A DNA stretch of 64,000 nt from the human T2T-CHM13v2.0 reference genome, Homo sapiens. The DNA lies in the NCBI RefSeq assembly GCF_009914755.1, contig NC_060926.1; one strand, 5' to 3'. Numbering within the stretch: position 1 is the stretch's first letter; each line of letters begins with the position of its first letter. The notes beneath the pieces were generated by a model. That model searched no databases. It was not told where the DNA came from and worked only from the letters and a program-made list of their open reading frames with translations. Positions 41,874 to 56,445 of this stretch are shown one piece after another. A program made the position numbers and the translations under genes.

Positions 41874-42017
41874 AGTGATTTCCAACCCTGGCAGTTGATT
41901 AGCATCTCCTCAGGAGTTTTTAAAATATACTAAAGCTTGGCACCTGCCTTAGATTCCAACTGTGTTTTTTGAAGATCTCCAGTTATTGCAAGCATTCAGC
42001 TGAGTTGAGAACCACTG
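41874..42017. mobile_element. MER5B-like hAT MITE
   Basis: TAGTGATTTCCAACCCTGGC...GTTGAGAACCACTG termini. Confidence 0.7.
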
Positions 42018-42708
42018 GGTAACAAGCTACAAATTGATGCTGTTGTTGCATTACCTGAGCATGTGTTAAAAATGCACAATCTCAGTCTCATTTCAAGACT
42101 TGCTGAGTCTAAATCTCCCCTTTAAAATGTTAGAATTAACCTGAACAAAATCACAGATGAGAATAAAAAGCCAAATCACCATCAAGCAGAAACATGCAGC
42201 TTCACTGCAAATCCCCTACCAACAATGGATATCTCAAAAGGACATTTTGTCTTTTTCCTGTTCTACATTCTGATACTTGAAGTAGTCTCTTGATTAAAAT
42301 TACATAGATTCAGTAAAACTTTAACACTAAATTAATGAATGATCTGTTTTATATATTTTCACAGGAATTTTTACATCATTTTCATCTATAAAGATTATAA
42401 GGTAAATAAATTTAAATGTAGCATGAAGGTGGAAGATGGGTATATTTTTTGCTATTGCTCCCTTTCCCCTAAATAAGTGTTTAACACTGTTTTAATACTT
42501 TGCAACTTTTTGCAAAACTGCAATTGGGTTCAGTCATGAATGAAAATTTTAGCAATGTATGTTATAATCTCTAAACACACTATGTATGTAGTGCTCAAAT
42601 CAATAGCAAAACTGCAAGCAGCAGTTATAATCATTTAGATACGTTAATTTAAAAAACACGCAAACTCATAGTTCAAAGAATTACAAACTAATTTAAAATT
42701 ACTTAGAT

Positions 42709-43460
42709 GTATAAAAGGAACTCAAACATCTTAACAGCAAAAATAAAAACAAAAACAAAAAAACAGGCAATCTCATAAAAAGTGGACAAAATATCTAAAT
42801 AGATATTTCTCAGGCCAAAAAGTATATCAAAAATGCTCAACATCACTAATCATCAGGGAAATGCAAATCAAAACCACAATGAGATATAATCTTCCCCAGT
42901 TACAATGGCTGTTATCAAAAAGACAAAAAATGACAGATGTTAGTGAGGATGCAGAGAAAAGAGAACTGTCATACACTATTGGTGGGAATGTAAATTCCAT
43001 TATGAAAAACAGTATGAAGAGTTCCTGAAAAACTAGAAATAAAACTACCATATGATCCAATGATCCCACTACTGGGTAGTTATCAAAAAAAAAAGAAAAG
43101 GAACAAAGGAAAGGAAATCAGTATATCAAAGCAATACATGCGGCCCCGTGTTTAACTGCAGCATTATTTACAATAGCAAAAACATGGAATCAACCTAACC
43201 ATCCATTAACAGATGAATGAATAAAGAAAATATAGTGTATACACAATGCAATACTATTCAGTCCTAGAAAAGAATGAAATAATGTCATTTGTAGCAATGT
43301 GGATGAAACTGGAGGTCATTATGTTAAGTAAAATAAACCAAAGGAAGACAAATATATTGCATGTACACCTTCACATGTGGTAGCCAAAATCGTTTATCTC
43401 ACGGAGGTAGGTAGAGAGTAGAATGACAGAATGACAGACATCAGAGGCTAGGAAGAGGAC
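42709..43460 (+). mobile_element. L1MA (MA5/6-like) ORF2 end and 3' UTR
   Basis: AATGCTCAACATCACTAATCATCAGGGAAATGCAAATCAAAACCACAATGAGATA...GGATGAAACTGGAGGTCATTATG. Confidence 0.9.
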
Positions 43461-43479
43461 TATGTAGCAAGGAAGTAGC

Positions 43480-43735
43480 GTCTGAGAGCTGAGGTCATCT
43501 GTCCTACAACTTTAAGATCCCAAAACTTACCACAGTCACATGGGCCTGGAAGAATATTAGGTAAAATTATAGCCCAGCAAGCACATTTATTTCAGGTTAA
43601 TGAGATTATAAGTAGAGGATCCAGTTAAACTGTGCCTTGAATTCTGACCTAGAAAGTCTGTGAAACAATAAATGGGTGCCATCTGAAGGCACTACATTTG
43701 TGGTAGTTTCTTTTTTTAACATAGAAGACTATCAG
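43480..43735 (+). mobile_element. MLT1E-like LTR 3' part
   Basis: TCCTACAAC...AGAGGATCCAGTTAA...TTCTGACC...AATAAATGGGTG...TTTGTGGTAGTT. Confidence 0.65.
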
Positions 43736-43954
43736 CAGTTTTCACTCTTGGGCCAAATGAGAAGTATGGCTGAGATCCTTCCCGTCTCTGAAGTGCCCTG
43801 ATCTCATAAGTCTTTGGTTCCATAATCAAGATACATTTTGCTTTGGAAAGGCTCCCTATATCACAGCCTACAGGTGAACCTCAACATTTGTAGGGCACAT
43901 TCATGTAAAAGGAGAGTCTAAAAATTCATGCAGCCTCATGCTTAAAAATTAGAG

Positions 43955-45554
43955 GACTTAGAATTGTTAAAATGTCTATACTACCCAAAGCAACCCACAG
44001 ATTCAATGCAATTCCTATCAAAATTCCAGAGATGGTTTTTCTAGAAATAGGAAAAAGTTCTAAAATTTATAATATAATTTAAAAATAACTCAAATGCAAA
44101 AATAATCTTGAAAAAGAAGAGAAAATTTGAAAGCCTCACACTTTCTGATTTCAAAACATACTTTAAAGTAATAGTAATCAAGACAGTATGATGTTGGCAT
44201 AAAGACAGACATATAGACCAATGGAACAGAAGAGAGAAGTCAGATATAAAACCTTGCATATGTGGCCAAATGGTTTTCAACAAGGGTGTTAAAGGCTACA
44301 TCATGGGGAAAGAACAGTGTCTTCAGCAAATGGTACTGGGAAAACTGGATATCCATGTATAATAGAATGAACTTGGACTCCTACCCTACATTATATAAAA
44401 GTAATATAAAATGAATTGTAGACTTAAACCTAAGAACTAAACTATAAAACTTCTAGATAAAATCCTAGAAGAAATAATTCAAGACACTGGATTTGCCAAT
44501 GATTTCTTTAATATGGCACCAAAAACAGGCAACAAAAGAAAACATAAACAAACGGGACATCAAACTCAAAAACTGTGTATCAAAAGAAATAATCAGCAAA
44601 GTAAAAAAGCAACTTATAGAATGCAAGAAAATATTTGCAACTCATATATCTGATAAGGGGTCACTATTCATAATATATAAGGGAACTCTATAACAAAAAC
44701 AACAAAACCAATTTTTAAAAAATGGGCAGAGGACTTCAGTAGCAATTCTCCAAAGAAGATATACCAATGGCCAACAAGAATATATAACAATGTTGAACAT
44801 CACTAATCATAAGATAAATCCAAATCAAAACCAAAATGAGGTATTACCTTACACCAATTAGGGTGGCCACTATCAAAAGAAGAGAAAATAAAAAGTGCTG
44901 ACAATGGTGCAGAGAAATTGGAGGCTTTGTGCATTGCTAATGAAAATAAAAATTGGTGCGGCTATTATGAAAAACAGTAGGAAGGTTACTAAAAAATTAA
45001 AAATAAAATTACGATGTAATGTAACAGTCTCACTTCTGGGTATATATACGAAATAATTCAAGCAGAATCTTGAAGATATATTTGCGCACCCTTATTAATT
45101 GCAGGATTATTAACCTTTTCTATGCAGTGGAAGCAATCCAAATGCTCATACATAGATGAATGGATAAAGAAAATACGGTAATACATACAGTGGAATATTA
45201 TGCATCCTTAACAAGGACATCCTGACACACACAACAACATGGATGAATCTATAGGACATTATGCTAATTGAAATAAACCAGTTATGAAATGACAAATGCT
45301 GTATGATTTCACTCATATAAAGTATCTAAAATACTCAGAATCACAGAAACAGAAAGTAGAAATAGGTAGCCATCAAGGACTAGAGGAAGGAGAGGGAAAT
45401 TAGTGTTTATGGGTATAGAGTTTCAGATTTATAAGATGAAAAAGTTCTAGACATCTGTTGCACAACAATGTAAATGTACCCAACACTTTATAACTATATG
45501 CTTCAAAATGATCAAACAGTCAATTTGTTATACATTTCTTATCACAATAAAAAA
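43955..45554 (+). mobile_element. L1MB (MB1-3-like) 3' 1.6 kb
   Basis: ATTGTTAAAATGTCTATACTACCCAAAGC...GGGTATAGAGTTTCAG...CACAATAAAAAA. Confidence 0.9.
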
Positions 45555-46255
45555 GGTAACAACCATCCAATTGAGACCTTTTGGAAATAAGCACACCAAT
45601 ACCTAGGTCAGTTTAAAAAAAATACATGTGGCAAATCAGCTCTGTAAATGTTTTCTTTAGCAGAACTTAAGATACGGCTGTATCAAACACTCAGCATGTC
45701 GAAGATATAAAAGGATCATAAAAATGAGTATGTATACATTTTAGAAAACTGACACAGTGGGATCATTTGGAAACAAAATTTTTAGATGCATTGTAAATGA
45801 ATTTCTGCATTTCTTTTGAACATATTTCTTGATGTTAACGAAAATCAGCATAATTCTGCCATTATAGATTCAGAATACAATTATATAATTGTCTCCTGTT
45901 CTTCATATGATCAACACTAGGTCAAACAGCAAAATGGAAAGTTTCTTAGGTCACTTGCTAGTCAACAATCTAGTTTTCTTTACATACCTAAGATGCCAAC
46001 ATACACTTGCTGAAACCACAAGTTTACAACTACTTATATATGGTAACGTGGAGGACAGATATTTTGCATTCTTTGAGAGCATCATTTGTCAACTATATTA
46101 AAATAATATTAAGATAATTAAGAAGACCAATAATATTCAAAGCTAGTGGAATTGAACCAGTAGTTGTAGAGACTCCTTACCCTGGACAGGTTTTTAATGC
46201 TCTTCAGGGCGCACTGTAAAGGATTTAATCAATCTAGCCTATACATGTGGATAGC

Positions 46256-46338
46256 TTTTCATAAGAAAAAAATGGGGTTTCATAAGAAAATGGGTTTTTC
46301 ATAAGAAAAATGGAGTTTCATAAAAAATGGTTTTTTTC
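46256..46338. repeat. Short tandem repeat, about 20-bp unit TTTTCATAAGAAAAATGG, about 4.5 copies
   Basis: Direct reading. Confidence 0.9.
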
Positions 46339-46861
46339 ACACACACACAAAAAAGCTATAAGGGCTGGCCATTAATTATAAAACTGTTGCTTTTATCTGC
46401 AAAGAGTCATTGTGACAATTAGACAAGATAATACATAGGAAAAACAGTTATCAAACTATAAAAGCCCATACAAATGTAAACCATCATTCTAATTTAGAAC
46501 TAACCATCCTCTTATTTAGCCCTAGGATTTGGTCCTACTTAGAGCCTCATGAACCATTTCCTTCAAATGTTTAGATTTGCCAATAATTATCTAATTAGAC
46601 CATATTCTGATTTGCTTCTTTGACTTAATCATTGTAGACGCTTTGGGCACAATTCAAAAAATACATATATTTGAATCACCCAAAGTAAGAAATTCTTATA
46701 TAGTTTGTGAGTATATATTTATTTATTTTTATTTTATTTCTTTCTAATGGTTGAGGTTGCTTTAATAAAAAAAAAAAAATCTTTCTCTCTAGTTGCCTGA
46801 TTTCTCATCTTACTTGTTACACTGTATGGCAAAACTAGTCTAACTTCAATGCCCTGTAACA

Positions 46862-47283
46862 ATTTTATTTTTTACTTTTAAACTAATTTTTATATTGACA
46901 GATAAAAATGTATATGTTTATGGTGTATAACATGATATTTTGAAATATGTACACGTTGTGAAATGTCTCACTTGAGCTAATTAACATATGCATTAACTCA
47001 CTTTTTTTTGTAGTAAGAACGCAAAATCTACTCTCTCAGGGATTTTCATGAATATAATACATTGTGATTAAATATGGTCACCAAGTTGTACAGTATAGCT
47101 CTGAAACTAATTCTTTCTAACTGAAATTTTGTATTCTTTGGCCAACAACTTTCCACTCACCCTCCACAGACCCAGCCTCTGGTATCCACTATTTTACTTT
47201 CCAAAATTTTTCTATAACTCCAACTTTTTTAGATTCTACATATAAGCAATATCATGTGGAATTTGTCTTTATTCTCTGGCTTT
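46862..47283 (-). mobile_element. L1MA8-like 3' end
   Basis: TATTGACAGATAAAAATGTATATG...GCTAATTAACATATGCATT...CCCAGCCTCTGG...TTTTTAGATTCTACATATAAG. Confidence 0.88.
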
Positions 47284-47848
47284 TAGTGAGAAAAGTTCAT
47301 CCTCAAAATTCATGGGCATATTGCCCTGTCATTACCACTAAGGAAGGCACAAGAGGAAATAGCTGTCCTCTAGTGTAGCAAAGCCATTCTTAGAAGCATG
47401 CAATCACCACTCCAATAAGGCCTGATGCATTTCATTTTCCTCTGCCACCACCACCCATATTGAATCTGTGAGCTCTTTGGAGGCAAGGATTATGTCTTCT
47501 TCACCATTATATTCTCAGCATCTGATTCTGTAACAGATACTGAAGTCTCCTGTGCCCCAAGTCTTGTTGAACTCCAAATCATCAGGAAAAGGAAACCAGA
47601 AAGAAGAAAACCAGTGGTTTGTTTTTGTTTTTCTGTTCTAGAAACATATACCAAAGTAGGCCTGCTGTTTGTGAAATAGGCTTCCTGAATTAAATATAAG
47701 GATTCTTGTACCATATTCTGGTCACTAATCATCGTGCTTATTTGAGCATTACTTCCTAGTTTTATCTTCTCACATGATTTAATCTACTCACACATCCTAG
47801 TTGCATGCTAAATAATTATCCTAATTACTGATTACTTTCTCTTCTTAT

Positions 47849-49030
47849 ATTCATTCATTTCACAAATATTTTTTGAGTGGCTATCATGTGTAGGTCATTT
47901 AAACAGAGTTGAAGTCCCACATCTCAGGGACACGTAGTAGAGGGGTAGACGCAGTAAAAAAATAAACACATAAAAAGTCAGGTTGTAACACGTGGTGAAC
48001 ATTGACAAGGATGGGAGAGCGAATTTACATAGAGTAGTTTGGAAAGCCCTCTCTGATAAGATGGTATTTGAGAAGATGTCTGGAGCAAGAGAAATCAATG
48101 AAGTCTTTTTTTGGGAAGACTGTTCTAATTAATGGCAATAGGATGGCCAAAGGCCCCAAACTAGAGATAACATGTTTGTGTGATTGAAGACCATTAAGAA
48201 CCATGAGAGCACACATAGACATAAACGTGAGAAAAATAGATACTGCAGACTACTAGATGGGGAAGGGAAGGAGGGAGACGTGGGTAAAAAACTACCCTTT
48301 GGGTACTAAACCCACTACCTGGGTGACTAGATCCATACCCCAAACCTGGGCATTATACAATATATCTACATAAAAAATCTGCACATGTATTGAAATTAAG
48401 AAAAAAAAAACACTCACGAAGCTAGAGCTGAATGAGAAAGAGACAGAGGAGTAGAGTATGAGGTCACTGAGTTACTGGATAGGCAATGTCTGTGATATTT
48501 TATAGGTCATGGTGGATTTGCATTTTATTAATTGTATAGGAAGCCATTGAGAATCTTTGAGCAGATAATTGATTTGATTTTAATTATTTTTGGAATAACT
48601 CTGAGTTGTATGTAAAGAAACTAATGGGCACAAGAATAGAGGGCGTTGTGATAGTCCAGGGGAGAGATAAATGCCACAACCCAGAGAGCTAAGGGTGAAA
48701 ATATCTAGAAAATTCAGATTCTCAATATATTTTGAATGTAGAATAAATAAGATTCAAATTTGCCAGTAATTGGACACAGGGTGTAAAAGAAAGAAGGAAT
48801 CAACTACAATTACAATATTTTTAGAACAAACAGATTTTATAATGTAATTTTCATGTGTCATATTGGAAGAATATTCAGGGAAGAGTAAATCTGAAGAAAT
48901 AAATCGAGGTTTTAGTTTTGGATGTATCTTATTTGGGCTGCCTATTAATGAATGGTGAGCTTAGTTGAGAGATCAGGACTGAAGACATAGCATTGAAAGG
49001 CATAAGTGAATAAATATTATTTAAAGCACG
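47849..49030 (-). mobile_element. L2a, interrupted by an L1PA
   Basis: ATTCATTCATTTCACAAATATTT tip; GGAAAGCCCTCTCTGATAAG, CAAAGGCCCC, GGAAGCCATTG, TAGTCCAGG, TTTAGTTTTGGATGT. Confidence 0.8.
48202..48410 (+). mobile_element. L1PA16-like 3' tip
   Basis: GACTACTAGATGGGG...AAAACTACC...CACTACCTGGGTGA...ACCCCAAACCT...CTGCACATGTA, poly-A. Confidence 0.85.
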
Positions 49031-49469
49031 TGCATATCGTGGCTTAAGTCGTAAGTGGCCTCTGTCTTGCCTGGATGAGACTCTCAAACTCTCTGTCACA
49101 TGTGCTGTCTACACAGTTGCACCCAGTCCAAATAATCCATCTCATCTCTTAGAATAGGTTTTATTAATTCAAGAAAGAAATCAGAGGATCATTACAATGT
49201 ACATGCCAAATATGTTCCTCTCTTTTTCAGTCTTAAATCACATTAGTGTTGGCAGTGACGTCACACTATCAAAGATTATTCAGTCGTTCTCAGTTAAACC
49301 CCCGACTCTGAAAAATGGCATTTATTGACCACTCCATCCTATTAGATTTTTTAAAATATCTAAGTGTGGAAGCAAGTATTTATTTATATTATATTTTCTA
49401 TTGATAAAATCAACAGCCTGTTATTTGAAAAAACAATAAAAGGTGAGCTTCTATCTGTGATTTTGCTTT

Positions 49470-50272
49470 TGTAAACCAAAAATACAATTCTAAGCCACCA
49501 ACTGACTAAATGGACCCACTCTTGACCAAGGGGATCCCAAAGAAACCTGAAAAACAAGTTTGGACCATGATGGGAAGTGAAGGTTGAGCATGCCTCATCA
49601 TACCCTCCTCCCTTTGGAATTTAAACACAACTGACCAGCATTAACATAAAAACAGAGACATTAAGATGGACAAAACAGTAGCAATAAGATATCAATTTCC
49701 AACCTGACTCAGGTATAGTATCACATGTCAAATAGCAGGCCCTAAAAGAAATCAAAGTGTATTTTACCCCAAAATATATTTTTTTGATATATTTTGAAAT
49801 GGCCCTGCTAAGCTGTCTCTTGTGAGAAATTTGCATTCTGTAAAGAATCTCCTTCCGCTACTAGGTTTCTTCTGGAGAGTCTGACACCTTTTAAGGTTTC
49901 GTAAGAGACATTCACTATCTAATCTCTCTGAAGCCTGCAACCTGGAGGCTTCAGCTACATGACAAGAACGTTGGCTTCCAAGACCCCCATGATCTTAACT
50001 CAAGCTGACTTCAACTTTTCAATCAGAGCTTAACTTTTTCAACTTATTGCCAATTAGGAAATCTTTGAATCCATCTATGACCTGGAAGCCCCCACTTCAA
50101 GATGTTCTGCCTTTCTGGGCCAAGCCAATGTATACCTTACATGCATTGATTTATGTCTTTGCCTGTAACTGTTGTCTCCCTAAAATGTATAAAATCAAGT
50201 TGTAACCCAGCTACCTTGGGCACATGTTCTCAGGACTTCCTGAGGCTATGTCACAGACCATGGTAGTTTACA
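49470..50272 (+). mobile_element. MER4 (MER4E/D-like) ERV1 solo LTR
   Basis: TGTAAACCAAAAATACAATTCTAAGCC start; CCCTAAAATGTATAAAATCAAG, CCTTGGGCACATGTTCTCAGGAC; ends TTTACA; 4-bp TSD CTTT. Confidence 0.88.
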
Positions 50273-53200
50273 CTTTCTATATGTGCCCAAATCTGTGAAT
50301 TTAAAATATCTTGTTTGCCATTTTTATTACCTGCTGAGTATATTTCTTTCTTCTGCTTCTCATATTAGTTGGTTCAATTAAAGGACTTTGGATTTTTATT
50401 TCTACTATTAAAAGCTCCTTTTATACATTGTAATATAATGTGCACATATTTCAGTTCTTGTTTCAATTTCAACTCATTCTGTATAAACAGTAACAGTATC
50501 AAAAAATTATACTCATAAAATTCTTAAAGCTTTCAGATCAACTTGGAGAGAAAAGCTCTTCTATTTGTAACTCTCTGATTTGGGTAAATCATTCAGATTT
50601 GTAAAGAAAGATTCAACAAGTAGTTAAGTCCTGCATGCTTTTTTTTTTCCTCCAACTGAAGAAAAGTTTTTACAGCAATTATGTGTAAAACTGTTATTTT
50701 ACTACATGTAGGTACAAATATGCTTTATTAAACATGTAGTTTTCGGTTTTAGAGAATAGACAGCATTCTGCTCTTAGCATTCAGAAATTTCATCTAAAAA
50801 CTGGAGTGCTTAGAAATTAAATGGCTAGGGCAATGGTTATCAGAAGGACCTTAAGGAATGGGTCCCAGAAAAAGATTATCAGACAGGTCCACCAGGATCA
50901 CACCTTCCACTTCCATAGTCAAGAAAGTGGAAAACATGGAGACAGGCATGTGGTCTACATGGGTTCAAAAGTCACAAAGAGATCAGAGCACCAAAAAGCC
51001 ACTGTTGCTTCTACCTCAACATTCTCTGGATAACCATGAAAATAATTAAAGGACTTTCAAAATCTGTACTCAGTTGCTAAATATCTAAGTACAGTTATCT
51101 AAACTAAGTGCAGATTTTTCTTTAGAAAAACTTAATAACAACCTGGAATGTTGATCCTGAAAATTTTCAACATTGGTATATCTACAGCATCAAGAAGAAG
51201 GAATTTCTACTTTCCTTCTGTCTCTCATATACTACACAAATTAAGAAAGTTAACTTTGATGTAGAACTTTCATATCTGGGTATCTGAGAAATGGTGATTT
51301 TTAATCATGTAAATTCTGTAGAAGAGAGACATCTTTTAGCAAGAGTTTGGAATGGCTGTGTACCAATTGACAGTTATCCATTTCCCTTGCTTTTATCTTA
51401 AAGCTTCCTTACTAACCTTCTACATATATTTAAACTTCCAAACAACATGCTTCCGTGCAACATAACTCTGCCACACAAGCAAAAACATGCTTACCTTTTC
51501 CACGAATGGTAGTCCTTCAATGGGCATGACATTCATCTCTAGATGATGCCATTCCTCTGCTTATTTCTAATTCTACCTTAACAGAGTGAAAAAAAAAATT
51601 ATAGTTGACTATGACTATGAACTAGTAAAGAAAATAGTAAGTGTATAGTAAATAGATGAATGAAACTTGATATACATTTAAGAAAGTAAATATAGGTAGC
51701 TACTAAAATTCATATCTGCAACTCTACATAATGTGTAGTTGTCATGTCTAATCTCCTCTTATACGTATTTAATGCTCCCTATTTTTCAGTAAGCAAGTAA
51801 TCACATTGGGCTCTTTACCTGCTAGGAAGACCAAAACTTTTACTAGTAAGGCCTCTGGTTCTTTGGTAGTTCTGCTACTATTTGGCTGCCATAGGCTTTC
51901 TTTCTTTCTTTTTTTCTCTCTTTTTTTTTTTTTTGAACTTTACTGGATATAGAATTTATTGGGAGGCAGCCAATATATATTCTCCCATCTTTGCCCCCCA
52001 TTATTAAAATAGCAATTCTATTTTTCATTGATAATCAAAATCAAGTATATCAGCCAAAATAGTAATATCACCTTTTCTTACTTTTTCAGTGACAGGTAAC
52101 CATCATCATAGTGAGATAACATTGAATCTTCTTGCTCAATACAAATATTGTTGTGAATGCTGGTGGAATGCATACTCTCTTTGAAGGAAAATGACACTAA
52201 ACAATACATTTTTAGAAATAGTATATAATAAAATTATTAAAAACAAAGCAAAGGGATGATACAAAATCCATTTATCATAAGTTTAGTGAGAAAGGCAGGA
52301 GAATGGATGGTGAAACAGCACCAGGTGCAGGCAGCAGTGTTGGTAACAATCAGTTGTGTTCATGGAAGTCTAGTTTATGGTTTATACCTCACATATAAAT
52401 TATATACCTTTTTTGTCATATACTAAATATTATGTAATACAACTTAAAAATGCATATGTAATTTAGGATAGACCTAATATTCATGGTATTTACATTTGAT
52501 AAAATAGTTTTTTTTTTCTTTTTGAGCAACTGGGTATAATGGTATTTATTATCTACACTGTATTATGCATAAGAAATACAGTATTAAATAAATTTAAAGT
52601 TTTATATTTCTTGCTCTCAAATGCTAAATCAAAATTTTGTTTCTAGTAGTTTTGCAAAACTTAGAATCTACATGTATAACAAAAAAATTTGATACCTTAA
52701 AGAAAATAAACTATTACATATTTGCAAAACATCTTACAGGTAAAAAAGCATAAATCAACTTCAAGGGTATATATATTTTTTTACCACTTGGCAAGCAGTA
52801 CACACTCTGGTACATCAATCTATAGCTACTTTTTGCTTTCATTAATTTTGAATTGTGCTATTGAATAGAACATATACACAGTTTAAAGTTTACAAATATT
52901 ATCAATTTATGAACTTTAGAATTATTCCAACACAATAAGCTCCACTCATTTAAAGTTTTCTTAAGTTGGTCATTTGTGGTCACATTTATAGAAAAAGATT
53001 AACTTAATGGGAGCTACCCATATCATCATGCAGTATAACTTATAGCAAATGTAATCTTAAGAAACCTAATGCTTTTTCTATTATCAAATTGTGTCTACAC
53101 AATCCTGATGTGACATACTTTTGTATTACAGAAAGTAAAATATTTTTCTTTCTTAAAAGTATTAGGAAGACACTTGAGAATACCATCTCTACCATTTAAC

Positions 53201-53429
53201 TAATATGGGCTAACTTGGCAGATCTCTTGACTCTGTTTTTATAAATTATTATTTTGTCATAATATTTGATTCTACAAAGGAAGGGGAAAGAGCCAACTTC
53301 CATTTCTTAATCCCTCATGCCACTTAACTCAAGGAGTCTATTGCACCAGCTACTGTGATATGTCCTGGGAAATGAGAAGATGAACAAGTTACAGGTATTC
53401 TACGAGATTCTATAACTTTATAATAGCAA

Positions 53430-53640
53430 ACATAGGGCTAGCATTTGTGAAGTGCTTACAATGGGTTAGATAATTTTATAAGTGCTTTTCTCTACTAAGT
53501 AATTTAATCCTCAAAGCAACTTTTTGAGTCTGACCTTTATTTAACTCAACAGAAAAGTGGACTAGAAAGATTAATTTTCTTACCCAAGGGCAAGGAATTT
53601 GGAGGTTTAAATCTAGACAGTCTGGTTTAAATCTTTTATG
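53430..53640 (-). mobile_element. MIR
   Basis: AGTGCTTACAATG...TTTAATCCTCAAAGCAAC...CTTACCCAAGG...TTTAAATCTAGACAGTCTGG. Confidence 0.65.
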
Positions 53641-53722
53641 TAAACTTCATTGGAGACAAACAAATATATGTAATGACAATAATATTAATGGTAGTAGTAT
53701 TAGCTGGCATTTTAAAAAGATG

Positions 53723-54039
53723 CTTCTCCACTATGATTAGAAGCAAGGCAAGGACACCCTGTCTTATCACTGCTTTTCAACATTATATGGAAGTCCTAGA
53801 TCATGCAATAAGACAAGAAAAGGAAATAAAACATATACAGACTGAGAAGGAAGAAATAAAACTGTTCACAGAGAACATGATTATGCATGCAAAAAAAAAA
53901 TCTGAAAGTATTGACAAAAAAATCTCGGTGTGATAGTTTATTCCCATAATCCCAGCTACTTGGGAGGCCGAGACTGAAGTATTGCTTGAGGCAAGGAGTT
54001 CATGACCAGCAGTCAACATGGTAAGATCTAGTCTTTAAA
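53723..54039 (+). repeat. Copy of 54830-55452 lacking the AluY (L1 piece plus AluJ left arm)
   Basis: About 317 bp collinear, roughly 93% by eye; has a single AAGGACACCCTGTCTT site. Confidence 0.97.
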
Positions 54040-54699
54040 GAAGAAAACCATTACTACATGGGGGAAGACAAGACATATATTTAATGAAGTAGGTAAGAAA
54101 AGATTACTGAAAATATTGGGAATATATATTGAAACATCAGCCATCAAATAACAAGAGTAACAAATTTTATAACCAGGATGAAATGGACCAATTCCTTTAA
54201 AGACACAAGCTAACAAAACTCACAGCAGAAAAAAAAATAGTCCATCTTTTAAATAGGCTTACTTGTATTAAGGGAGTTGTGTTAATTAATAACCTTCCAA
54301 AATGAAAGCACCAGGCTCAGATGGGTTCAAGGGTGAATGCTACCAATCAATTAAAGAAGAAATGATACCAATTCTCTATAATCTCTTTCATATGTTAGAA
54401 ACAGAGGGTTTACTTTCTAACTAATTCTATGAGGCCGGAATTACCCTAATATCAAAATCAGACCAAGACACTATAAGAAAATTAGAGACCAATATCTCTC
54501 ATGAACATAAATGCAAAAATCCTCAACAAAATAGTAAATCAAATACAATAACGTGTGAAAAGATACATCATAAGTGAAACTTATCCTAAGCATGCAAGCC
54601 TGGATGAATGTTTTAAAATCAATTAATGTAATCTTATCACATCAATAGACTATAGAAAAAATACATAATCATATTGATAGATACAGAAAAATTGATTGA

Positions 54700-55168
<469 letters not shown>

Positions 55169-55337
55169 AAGGATACCCTGTCTTACCACTTCTTTTCAAC
55201 ATCATATGGAAGTCCTAGATAATGCAAGACAAGAAAAGGAAATAAAACATATACAGACTGAGAAGGAAGAAATAAAACTGTTCACAGAGGACATGATTAT
55301 GCATGCAAAAAAATCTGAAAGTATTGACAAAAAAATC

Positions 55338-55677
55338 TCAGTGTGGTAGCTTATTCCCATAATCCCAGCTACTTGGGAGGCCGAGACTGAGGTATTGCTT
55401 GAGGCAAGGAGTTCATGACCAGCCGTCAATATGGTAAAATGTAGTTTCTAAACATCTATAAATTAATTAATTAATTAATAATTTAGCCAGTCATGGTGGC
55501 ATACACCTGTATTCCCAGATATTCAGGAGGTTGAAGCAGGAGGGACATTTGAGCATCGGCATTTGAGGCTGCAGCGAACTATGATCGTGCCACTGCACAC
55601 AAGCCTGAGAGGTGGAGTGAGACATCGAGACATTGTTTCTTAAAAAAAAAAAAAGAAAGAAAGAAAGAAAAAAAAAA
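55338..55677 (+). mobile_element. AluJ (diverged)
   Basis: TTGCTTGAGGCAAGGAGTTC, GAGGCTGCAGCGAACTATGATCG; TSD GAAAGTATTGACAAAAAAATC/GAAAGAATTGATAGAAAAAAATC. Confidence 0.88.
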
Positions 55678-55969
55678 GAAAGAATTGATAGAAAAAAATC
55701 CTGTAACTTATATGTCATTATAACAAGATTGGAGGATAAAAGGTTAACATACAAAAGTCAATTGCTATACTAGAAATAAACAAGTGGAATTTGAAATTAA
55801 AAAGGCATTACCATTTACATTAGCATTGCCCCAAAATAAAATACATAGGTATAAATCTCACAAAATATGTACAAGACCTTTATGAGAAAGACTGAAAATT
55901 GATTAAAGAAATTAAGGAAGTAAATAAATGGAGAGATATTCCATGCTCATAGATAGGAAGACTCAAATC

Positions 55970-56445
55970 ATTTTTTTTTCTGTTTCAGTTTTGACAGTCT
56001 CTGTTGCTAAATTTTCTAGTTTACAAATCTTTCATTGTGTAATTTCTAATCTGCTAATAATCTCTTATAGTTGTCATTTTAGGGATGGGAGCTTTCTTCT
56101 ATACATTTTAGGGATTGGTGCTTCCTTCTCTATTGATTTGGGTCAATTCTCTATATATTATTTAGACAATTTAGTTTTTAAAGGTAAGAAATACAGTTAC
56201 ATAATTGTTTTAATACTCTTGTCTGATAATTCTCAATGCTTTGTTAATTGTAGGTCAGTTTTGATTGTTTAGGTTTTCTCATTACCGTTGTGTTTTCTTG
56301 CTTATTTGCATACATAATTAATTGAATAAATGCTAGACATTGTAAATTTTACTTGATGGATGCTGAGTATCTCTGAATTCCTATAAATATTCTGAGGTAG
56401 TAATCTGAAACACTTAAATTATTTTCAAGCTTTATGATCCCTTCA
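55970..56445 (-). mobile_element. Ancient L1M/HAL1-type fragment
   Basis: TCTGTTTCAGTTTTG...TCTAATCTGCTAAT...CTTGTCTGATAATTC...ATGCTAGACATTGT; same family as 24170-26385. Confidence 0.5.

Noticed and set aside
50821-51049. 70-aa ATG-initiated ORF in apparently unique DNA
   Set aside because: No recognisable domain or splice/promoter context; the sequence resembles a decayed reverse MIR3.
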